Under the pieces are notes generated by a model, which saw nothing but the letters and a program-made list of their open reading frames with translations, was not told where the DNA came from and did no database searches. Of a DNA stretch of 64,000 nt, positions 42,701-64,000 are shown in pieces (position 1 is the first letter of the stretch; every line of letters starts with the position of its first letter). Origin of the DNA: Paraspadella gotoi (lineage: Eukaryota; Animalia; Chaetognatha); assembly GCA_051294375.1 (NCBI GenBank), contig CM119264.1, positions 27,382,430-27,446,429 of the forward strand, given 5' to 3'. The position numbers and the translations under genes were made by a program.

Positions 42701-43057
42701 AAATCTGTCATCTTTTCAGAGTGTGTAACTGAACTGATAAGAGGCGCGAAGACATTCTCCTACTTTCTCCACCACCTCTCGTTATCAGTTGTGATTCGCA
42801 ACTTCAATTCCAATTCAATTAAACCTGCTAATAATTACAATAAATATAACAGCTATCGGATTTACCTAATTATCTATCTTGAAAGGTATTTTTAAAAGAT
42901 CATGTAGTACGTAAATCGAAAATTTCTATTTCATTAGATTTCTGAAATAACAACAAAAACAAAGATATCAGCATCTATCGAGATTGAATCCAATAAAAAT
43001 AAGGGAGTCACATATCAATCTGGTCACCCTCGTGATTTCGATTCCGTTCAAAATTTT

Positions 43058-53371
<10,314 letters not shown>

Positions 53372-54666
53372 GACTCGGAATGACGACGGCGCGATGACCT
53401 CATGGCGGGGGTCACTGGGTCAACATCGGGCGAGGGATGGTTGGGGGAAGCGGAGAGGGTAAGTGTTGGGGCGAGTTCAAAGCGGAGCGTTGCGGTGACG
53501 GGTAGAACTTCATTTTGAAGGAAAAGTTGACGGAAGTTTAAGGGATTACGAGAGGAGAGAAGAAAGGGAAGTAAGTTCGCTCCTTTTTTTCTTCTTCATC
53601 TTCGTCGTCGTTATCGTCGTCGTCGTCGTATAACAAAAATGGAAAGTCTTTCGTGTCTATGACGTCATCGAAAGAGTTGAACAACGGACGTTGAAGGCGT
53701 TGAAGGCGTTGAAGGCGGAATCCTGATCGAGAATTGAATACGATTAAGGGTCTTTAGTCGGATCTGCTTATCAGCAGATTCCGACTCTATAATCCACTTT
53801 GTCGGTCCGTTGGGTCCGTTGATCCGTCGGTCCTCCCCTAAATTTTGTTGGGCACTCACTTAAATCAAGTCAGAACATCAAATTATGATAAATTGTGCAA
53901 ACCTTTTTATTAAACTCCAATTAGTAGTGATTGGATGGATGGATTGGAATTAAATTTTGTGTGGGGGTAGGAAAGTGTAAGATTGAGCTGGATATAAAGT
54001 TTCGATGGAATCGTATGAAAAAATAAAAGTTATATTTACTTGAAGCATTTTTACTCATAATTATTATATTGCTCAAACTTGTTTTAAGATATATAAAAAA
54101 AATTATTAAAAAATATAATTAAAAGAATAATGTTTATAATTTTTAAAATAAATTATTACAAAATAAAATAAAAAAATTACAAAATTTTTAAATAATTTAA
54201 TCTAAATTTTAAATTTTTAAAAAATATGATTTTTAAATTAAAATAAAATAAAATATTATTAAATAAATATTTTTTATAAAATAAATTAATAAAATTTAAA
54301 ATTTAAATTTATTTTTCCTATTCCCCTGACCGCAATCACAACCCTTCCCAGCCCGAGGGTCACACGACGAGAGTCAAGGCATCTATTGTCTTTTTTTCCA
54401 GAATCGATGATCTACGTCGAACGCGTGACCCGACATCTCAACCGAGTTTACCGACGAGTCAGCCCGACAAGTCAACCCGACATGTCAACCCGACAATACA
54501 ATAGACGCCTCGATGATCGACGATGGACCAACGACAAAGATTTTTGCTTTCGTCACGGATTTTCCACGATAATTACGTTTTGGTTTTAGGGGTCGTCCAA
54601 TGTTGGTCAATGGTCAGTTTTCTTGACGGGCGATTAATTAATTAATTAATTTATTAATTAAAACAA

Positions 54667-54765
<99 letters not shown>

Positions 54766-57189
54766 AAAATAAATATAAATAAAATATATTGATTGATTGA
54801 TTTATTTATTTATTTCAATCTTTTTTTATTTATTCATTTAGTCATAATTCACTTAATACGCTTTTCGTAAACCATTGGTGTACATCCGCAATACAATGAC
54901 TGCGATATTTTCGAGCAGACGAATTTACCTTATTTTTCCTTTTTTCGTTCTTCTTCTTCTCTTTATCTTTTTTCGATTCAGCGATATATTTGTCATAATC
55001 TGGATTTCTTTCTCGAGTGGGCACTTTGTAAGTTTGGAGCGAAACGGGATTAATTTGATTTGTCGCTTTAGTTTAGCAACAAAATCCTCGTTTTGCTTTT
55101 TTTTTGCTTTTTTTCGCTTTATTTCCGTTGAAAAACTTGGGACCGTAAATAAAAAAAATTGTTTGATTTAGTGATCGATGGCCTTATGTTTGTTTTGTGT
55201 TAAAAAATTCGGTCGAATTCGATCTTATCGGAAACACACGATAAACACAAATGATTTATGCATTGTAACCAGCAAGAGTGTTATCTTACGAAGGGAAAGA
55301 AAACAGCTGAAATAGCTTATGTATGGTTGTTAAATCACAAAAAGCCATTATGGAAATATAATATAATATTATGGAATAACAACGTCAACAAACAATGTTG
55401 CTACCAAAGAATAAGAATATGAAATCTGTAAATTTGATAAAATTAAAGATTCATATGATATTAAAGAAGACAAAAGAACAATTACCCTGAAAAGTTGTTC
55501 AAAAATGGAATGACGACCATTGAACATAAACATAAATAATGTGATCAAAACGTACAAAAGAACAAACTAAAATGACGAATAAACGAAAAACATTAGGAAA
55601 AAAAAAAGCGTAAAAGGAACGATAAAAAAAATTCCCAGGAAATCAAAGATTGTGACAGTAATAGAAATTATTGTTGATCATGGGGGCGAAGAGAGAGGTG
55701 AAGAGAAGAGAAGAGAAGAGAAGGAGAGATTAGAGAAGTCGAGAGGTGCGGATACTGGAAAAGGCAGAAGGGGAAGCTAATAGGATTTCGAAATCGTGCG
55801 TCGCGAGAATCCGTCTTAATTTGTCCCCTGAGAGAATTCGTTTGAAATCGGGCGCTGATCTCGGACACCTTTCGATTTCGCCAGTAAATTGATCAGTCAC
55901 TCAATTAATTAACCGATGATCCTTTTAATCGATGAACGAATTGGATCAATTAGATCATTTTTAAAATTGATAATTGAGAGAGTCAATGTTACAAAAAAAG
56001 AGACTCTAATCAAATCGAGTCAATAAAATTAATAATATTGATAGAATCATTCAAGTCAATTAGATATAACTCAAATAAGGCAATCAAATATATATATAAA
56101 AAGTTAAGACGATTTAATTGATTGGATGTTTTTTTTTAATTTGAAATAAATAAGTAAAGAATAAATATGACGAACTCAGTCATGAAATACGAGTTAAACT
56201 GTTGGTTCGCGGTTTAAATAAATACATTTTGAAATAATTAATTTTTGTTTCAGGAAATATTCCAAGTCGGAAAACCAAATCGCGAGAATTCTGTTAAACT
56301 TTTGACTGAAGTTTGGAGAAAAATTGTGTCAATTTGAGGGAATTAATTAATTGTGAATTTATGACTTAAACTTGGAAAGTCTAAGGGAAGTGATCTCTTC
56401 CGTAGAGGAGAAGTGATAACGATTTACTATCGTGGGAAAATAAATTTAAGAAAGAGAGAAAGAGAAAAAGGCACCATTTTTAAAGATGATGAAGAGACAG
56501 AAATGATTGTTAAGAGTTACTGACAGAACGGTTCAATATATGCGGTCCCTGATCTTCGGATCAGGCTGTAACACCGTGTTACAGGTGGGTCAAGAGCCAC
56601 GTCCCTCTGTATTTTTTAAACTTTCTGTAATTTTACTTAATTTTTAGTTTTTAATAAAATGCTTTCAAAGTTCTTGAGTACCTAATTGAGTTGAACGACA
56701 AAGCTCGTGTTTCAATCGACTCGCGTCAAAAATTACTCTTTTTTTTCAGAACTTTTCGAAGAACCACAATTAATTAAATTAATTGATATAATTTTTTTAA
56801 TGTGGACACATAAAACTTTAATCTAAAAATGGTTTTATCGAAAAAAAAATTTATTCCAAACGAAGCGTTAAAATTGTCTCTTCGAAATTAGTCACAGCCA
56901 ATGATACTAAAAGGCGTTTTGAAGTAAAGAAGAAAAAAAACTTGTTTTCTCGTTCTGCTTAATCCGTGACAAGGTGGTTTTAGAAGGGTCATGTGATTAA
57001 TAACGTGATCGTCATTCGGTCCCAAAGGTGGTCACTCCGCAGGCGATGGTAAACTCCCGTCCCAACTTCCATTTGTCGCCAATAGTTTCAATTTCCATAA
57101 GTAAAGACTCGCGCAGCTCGTGCGATCTAAATCTAAATCTAGACTAAACCTAATGATATAAACTTAATTCGATTGTCAAATGTTGTTCC

Positions 57190-57385
57190 CTCTCATTCAA
57201 TCTCACCCAATTTCATCCAATATCATTCAATCCCATCCAATCTCATCCAAACCCATCCGCTTTTGTCCAACCTTATTCAATCCAATTCAGATAATCTCAT
57301 CCAACCTCAACTAATCTTATACAACCTCATCTAATCTCATCCAACCTCATCTAATCTCATCCAATCTCATCCAATCTCATCCCAC
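57190..57385. repeat. Degenerate 10-bp tandem repeat (tctcatccaa)
   Basis: Directly visible. Confidence 0.8.
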
Positions 57386-60300
57386 GCATCCTCTCTTTTT
57401 CAACACGCCCCTCCATAAAAAAAAAAGAAAAAAAAAACCGCGCCGTTCCCCAACAATCCACATTCTTTCTCTCTTTCTTTTCTTTCATTATTTTCTTTTT
57501 TCTTTTTATTTTTCTTTTCTTTTTGTCAACTTCGTAGGGATCGATTTCTTTTTTTTTGATGAGTAGATGAGCTTGAAATCCCCGATTGGCTGAGAGATTC
57601 TCTCGTTCGGAATCCAGTTTCTCGTTTTTAAAAATTTAATGGTTCGTCTTTGATATAATCGGTTTCCACACAAAAAGACGCAAAGCAATGATCGAAATTA
57701 AAATCGAGTACGATATTTATAAAGATAATTGTTTTGAAAAAAAGTTAGTAGTACGGAAAAACAGAGTTTTTGCCGTTTAAAAAAAATGTTTTCTTTCGTT
57801 AGAAGACGAAAAAAATGAAAAGAGAGAGAAAAAAGCGAACAAAGTCTTGAGAACGGAATAAGACCGACAGTCGAAACGAATCAACAATGAGAAAAGTAAT
57901 TTACGACCAATTATATACATAGACGATTAATTATCCCTCTTTATAATTTATTTTAGAACTTTTATAAATCATACGTACAACTTTTTTTTATTATCATTGG
58001 TTTAAGAATTTTAAAAAGCTTTAATCTCGTTTAATAAAATATAAAAAAAGTTGATATTTATTTCCGGAAGTGAGAATTTAATTATAGAGTGCAATACACA
58101 TTACACAGTTACACACAATGAGGACCACGGAAATCGGGAGAGGCAGAAGAAATAGTTGACTATTGATATTCGTCACGCTTCGGACTGTAACGGCGTAACA
58201 TCGTTACGCTTGACACGCGAACTCATTCGTTTTAAACTTTGTCCCAAAATGGGGCGGAGGACGACACATTTGTCCCTTTGTTGACATTTAGTGTCACCAC
58301 GAGGGCGAATACGAGGACGATGACGCCGATGATGACGACGACGATGATGACGCCGATGATGACGATGACGACGACGGCGGTTCCGTTTCCGCTATTTTCT
58401 CGTGTCCCTCAAAGATTGAGGCTTCAAGCGGCCGCCGCAAGAGGCTTATTGTCCTTTTTATTGTTGTCTTGTCCTTACCCTTTTTATTGTCCTTTTAGCG
58501 TGAGTCACGTAAACAAATATTTGAATGACTATCGTTTAGGATCTAGTTGAAAAACTTTTTCATATTTGACGAAAAAAACGGGGAAAAAAATTAACAAATA
58601 AAATAAAAAGATGAAAAATTAAAATGCGAAAAATACGATTGTTTTTCATTGTTATTTTTATCTCTGCTTGTCATGTTTGCTTGCTTGCTTGCCAACGCTT
58701 TCTGAGCCGAAAACGGAAATCGCAGTTTCCTAGTTTCCAAACAAAATTTTTCTCAAACCTGAAAAATTTAGATGAAAAAAAAAATATTCGTCGTAAAATT
58801 TATATCTTCATTCAAAATTTCTCTGTCACTTAAAAATGAAAAGTACGCGTAATATGTCTCAAAAAGAAGAAATGAAAGAAAAACCTGTTCCCTTTACAAT
58901 TTGAAAGAAAGAAACAACTGGAATTTTTTTCTTTTTTACGTGATTTAAAGTTAATATGTGGCCAAAGATGCCGGTGTAGCTTACGTGTTTTTAAATTGAA
59001 ATCAATCGGTGACTCTCTCGACGGTAGAGAAAGAAAGTGAAATTCTTCATAACACTTTTTAAATGTTATGTGAAGGTGCGAAACTCTGGCAGATTTATCA
59101 AGGAATCTCGTGGATTCATCAAAGACTCTTTTGAACAATACAATAAAAGTTATATTTTATTATGACATTTATTATCGATTGATTATTATTTATGTTTCCG
59201 TTTCAGGCCGTTATCATTTCGCAAGTTTCTTTTTTGAACATATTATTAGTTGCTGGTGATAATTATTAATATTTAAAACAATATTAATGTCAGTCTGCGG
59301 CATTTTTCTTTCTGTCAGCCCTTCTGCATATCTGCCTATCTGTCCGTTTAACCAGCAACGTTATCTGCCGTATTTCTCTATCTGTCTCGTAATCCTGCCT
59401 GTCTGTGTGTCTCACGCTTAGTATTTTTTTCCCTGTGGGATGTCTTTGTGCCTCTCCGTCTATTATGCCAGTCTGTCTGTCAATCACTCTCTCTCATTTT
59501 TTCATATCACTCTTTTTTTATCCATTCCTGTTTATAATTTTTCCCCCCTTTGATTTAAATCCCTTGCCTAACGGAGACTGTCGAGTGTCACCAAATGTCC
59601 GGAACAGGATCCCATCTAAGGGAACAGGATCTTGACGGCAAGAAGAGGAACAAGAAGCCCCTTATATTCTCGTGTCTCAATGAATTTTTTTTCAAACCGC
59701 AAAGTGAAACCTGTTCTACGTGTACATACTATTTTTTTTGTAGTTAGTACTTTCTTAATGACTTGAAAAAAAAAATACCAGACGTGACGACAAAGATCCT
59801 GAGAACGTTATGAACTTTTCCTCGCTTTTGATCTGAACGTTTGCCCTTCAGGTTCCGAGCCGCCGCCGCCGCCGCCGCCGCTGCCGCCGCCGCCCCCGCC
59901 ACCGATGTCGCCGCCGCCGATATCGCCTCTGGAATTCCTGTGAAGTTCCATCGAAAGCTTCGTTTTTATTGGGACGAAAAATGCGTTCCGCGCTATCGGC
60001 GGCGGCGCTGAGGCGGCGGCGGCGCTGAGGTGGCGACGGCGCCTGCAGCGGGGGATTCCGCTCGATGGGAAAAATTGATTAAGACTTGGACGAAAAGAAC
60101 GAAGGTCCCGAGTTCGATCCTAGGTCTTGAATGAACAAAAATAAATGATATTAAGCCAAAACTGAGTATCGTGGAATAGTATAGTAAAAAAAGGTTATGT
60201 CAAACATTTAGCTAAAGAAGTGCCATGTTTTGTTTCAATGCAATATGCAAAATGGATTTCAGACACGTAATTTTAACGAGACCGGTACTCGTTTCTCATC

Positions 60301-60782
60301 TTACAACTGAACAACTTCGACGCATCAATGACAGATTACAATGACAGATGACACATTAATGATGACAAGAACGACAACGACGACGATTTAACAACAACAA
60401 CGACAAACTCTCGCTTCGGAGACTTTATCAAATTAGTGCGACTTTCAAGAAGCAAAAATCTTTTGATCTCCTCAACAAGAGAAAAAAAAAGGAGGGGGGG
60501 AGATACATTTATCGGGTCCCACGTTTTCTCATTTCTCGGCATATCGGAAGAAAAGAAAATCGGTTACGCGATTCCGTTCGGCGACGCTAAAGTCGTTTTC
60601 CTTGCGAAGTGTGAAAAATCGCAACCGCTGAGCCCGAATCCTCGGGCGTTCGTAACGGTCGCGTTAATATAAAATCCGTTACGCTTTTCCGCTCTATTGG
60701 TCCCACGGGCTACTTAATAAGATTAGTTTTGATTTGTTTGAATTTTTTTTTCTCGCGCGCGCGGGCGTTCGCATAACTCGAT

Positions 60783-60805
60783 GGGCGTGGCGGAAGTCAC
60801 GTGAT
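60783..60805. promoter_or_regulatory. Clustered GC-box/ETS/E-box motifs, putative promoter
   Basis: GGGCGTGG, CGGAAGT and GTCACGTGAT abut in a CpG-rich patch; a strong donor AAG|GTAAGT lies near 61615. Confidence 0.4.
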
Positions 60806-61282
60806 CGCGTCGCCCCTCGGCTGCTGCTGTTGTTGTTGTTGTTGTTTTAAACTCCTTTGAGTGGAGGTTTGTTTTGCCGAAACTAAAATAATACAGAAAA
60901 GGAAATTTCGTCAGAATTTTACTAGACTTCGTTTTTTTATCATATATGGATCGTACTTGTAAAATTAATTAATTTCTTATCTTCATCCGTTCCGTTGTGG
61001 TAGCTCCCATTCAAAGTCATTTTCATACTACATATTATGACTTTATTCAATTTCGCGTTGTTAAGCTAACTAACTAGTTAAAAAATTAGACTAATGCCAA
61101 CAAAGCACAAAGCGTGTTAGAAGAAAAGAAAGCGCCAATGCAAGCAGCTTTCTCGCTCGGGGATTTTCCCAATCACACTTCGTTGCACATGGTTATTGTT
61201 GTTGTTGTCGTCGTTGTCGTCGTTGTTTTTCCTTCTCGATATTTCTATATTTTTCTGATATTTTTCCTCTTCCGCGTTAAGA

Positions 61283-61313
<31 letters not shown>

Positions 61314-61711
61314 TGGCGAAAGAGAATCCGTATCGCGCCACCATAGCGCCGCCTATTGTCGTCGTCGTCATCGTCGTCGCCACCGAAGTATTAATTTTCG
61401 TCACCGTCGTCGTTATCGTCCCCATAGTCGTCGTCGTCGTCGTCGCGCCCTCTTCCGCCATCCGCTTCGACGTCGTAGGTTTTTTCCGCCAAAGTTGCGC
61501 CAACGCGAAAATTTTCACTTTTTCTCCCTCTCTCTCTTCGATTTTTTTTCCACTCGCTCTCCATCTCTCTCTCTCTTCTATTTTGCCGAAAATAGAAGAA
61601 AATCAAGAAGATAAGGTAAGTTATAACTTACTCTATAACTTACTTTTAAACGAAGTTCTATGAATCACAGGAAATAAATTTTATTATAATAGTACATAAT
61701 GTAATGTTGAT

Positions 61712-62701
61712 ATGAAATTAGTACAACCAATATCAAAAATAATCCATTTATTTAATAAATAAGCTATCTTTCTCCTGACTTTGGACAGGCTATACTAGGG
61801 GGAGACTAACTCTGTAAGGTGGTTAAGAAATTGAATTAAGCACCTGCTCAAACAAAAATTTAGACATTTTTTAAAAAATCTGAATAGACAAATTTTTTTT
61901 ATATTACTCCATACTCTATATATTAATTTTTTAATATTTATTTATAAATAGGAAAGGCTAAAAAATTTTTTTGGATTTTTTTATTTTTAAGATCAGATTC
62001 AGGTAGCTTGCAAAAAGTTGTCTACACAAAGTATAATTCTTTTTTCGATATTTTGATCATAAGTATGTAAAAAATATGAAAAACTATTTATAACCATCAT
62101 CATCATCATTTTTTGATAATTTTATTACTTTTTCTTAATTTTGACCAAGAAAACATAAATATTTTTGAAAGTTGTAGTTAAATTTTTCATTTAACTTTTT
62201 ATGCTCTATCAGAATCCATCAAAAAAAGTTAAGATTGATTTAAAAAAATTTTTATCATTATATAGTAATATTGTAATTTTAATAGCAACAATAAAAGCAT
62301 TAAAATCGAACTTTTTTAATAAATTCTTTTTTTACCTAAAAGTAGACTTCAAGACTAAAGTTTTGAACCCCCGCCCCTATTGAAATTAATTTCATAGTGG
62401 ATTTCTAGCTATACATGTTATTCTTGTTTACATTTATGTAGTATAAAGGTTAGGTGTGGTGTTTTCATACAATTGAAATATTCTTTGAAACATTTTCCCA
62501 CTTCATTTATAGGGAAGTCAGGTACTCTTGGAGTGAATAAAAGAGACTGAGAGTGATTCTTGATTGAAAGCTAGCAGGGACCTGGTTTGTCATTATCTGG
62601 TAAGAATGATGGAGGCCTTAAACCACCAAAGCCTGTCCAAAGTCAGGGGCAAGATAGCTTAATTATTAAATACTTATTTATATTGGTTGTACCAATTTCA
62701 T
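61712..62701. repeat. Dispersed repeat family A: partial + copy (61712-61790) and inverted copy (~62540-62701)
   Basis: atgaaattagtacaaccaata... at the left end versus ...tattggttgtaccaatttcat at the right end. Confidence 0.75.
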
Positions 62702-64000
62702 AAATAAATATCCCTCATAATTTTTTAAATACTACATTTCCTAATAGGATATTTCTTCTATTATTCCCACAAAAAGTAACGTTTAAGTCATGGAATTGAA
62801 CAGCCTAAATTCTTAAACGACTTCCCCCACGAATGTTTTTCATAGACGATGAACAGCTGCAAGAATTCCGATATCAAAGACGCGAACGACATAAAAGTCA
62901 GGTCGAATCCGCATCAATTTCCAATCACCATTCGGAATTTTTTTTCCGTGATTTTTCTCCCTCGATGCATATTTAATGTTGAAATGTTCATCGACTGGAG
63001 TTGGGTTATGTAGTTCCGTGTTCTTTTGTTTATTTTTGACGGTCGATTTTGAGCGTCATCTTCCCGCTACGAAGCGGTTGAAACAAAACGAAATCGAAGC
63101 ATGTTCCGTTTGATTCAATTACTAATACTGAGAGAGAAAATAATAAAAATATACCGGCATTTCTAAAGTATAACTAAAAGTAACACAATCCGCCTCTGGG
63201 TCGTCTTGGGTCAATTGCTTGCGCCATGCTTGCATGGCTCCCGAATTCTTTGGACTATAAGCCGTAAATAAATCATATTTATTAATAAAAGATCATATGT
63301 ACGTACATCTCAAAAACATTTCACTATTCAAATTTCGTATAGTAATCACATCAGCAGGTACTTTATTGTTATTTTTTTATGCTCCTAATTATCAATGTTG
63401 TTTTAGGAAATGAAACAAAAAGGGAGAAGGCAATTTAATGAGTGGAAAGTCATGTAATAGCATAATATGTTATAACTTATAATTAAATTATCTGACATTG
63501 ATATTACTTTATGAATAATTGAACATCTCAAGCAAAAACTTAATTTATTTCTCAAGGCCTCAATTTTATTTTTTATTTTTCCTGTTCTTTATTTTTTTTC
63601 TTTTCCTTTCCTTGATTTTTCTTTCTTCGACTTTCCTTTTCTCTCCTTTCCTTTTTTCTCCCTTTCCCTAATTCTTCTTTTTCCTTCCTTTCTTTTCTTA
63701 TCAATTCATTTCAATTTATTGTCTCATTCTTTCGTTTGTTTCCTTTCTTTTCTTTTCTTTGTTTTCCTTTTTTATCCCTTCCTCTTCTTTTATTCTTTTC
63801 CCTTTTCTTTCATCTCTTAACTGTCCTTTCCTTGCCTTTTCTCTTTTTCTTTTCTTTTCTTTTCTTTTTCTTTCTTTTCTTTTCCTTCATCTTCATTTCA
63901 TTTCATTTCATTTCATTTCATTTCATTCCATTCCATTTCTTTTATTTCCATTTCTTTCCTTTCTTTCCATTTCATTTCATTTCATTTCATTTCATTTCAT

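Noticed and set aside
56540-56602. Resemblance to pistol or twister ribozyme fragments
   Set aside because: Element order and the required pseudoknot/conserved core could not be matched; kept only as an unclassified structure.
61114-61663. Overlapping Val-, Thr- and Arg-rich ORFs
   Set aside because: Driven by (GTC/GAC)n trinucleotide repeats with no recognisable domain.

Overview
Eukaryotic (invertebrate-animal-like) genomic DNA: AT-rich, microsatellite-laden introns and GC/CpG-rich exons, standard genetic code. Manual splicing with phase checks gives eight multi-exon genes: an Ig-domain receptor (partial, minus), a three-repeat Cys-rich protein with a probable GPI anchor, an HHAT-like MBOAT acyltransferase, a calmodulin-like EF-hand protein, a claudin/PMP22-family protein, a mitochondrial-clan cytochrome P450, an UNC13D/BAIAP3-like protein, and a 16-exon ~1770-aa type I membrane protein. 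There are also several transposon remnants and dispersed repeats. The standout is the type I membrane protein (2x discoidin-like, EGFs, SEA-like, TM). Its cytoplasmic part appears to be an intron-interrupted, catalytically degenerate Mutator-like (MULE) transposase domain, i.e. a candidate receptor-transposase fusion. All family assignments are from motif recognition by eye, not database searches.
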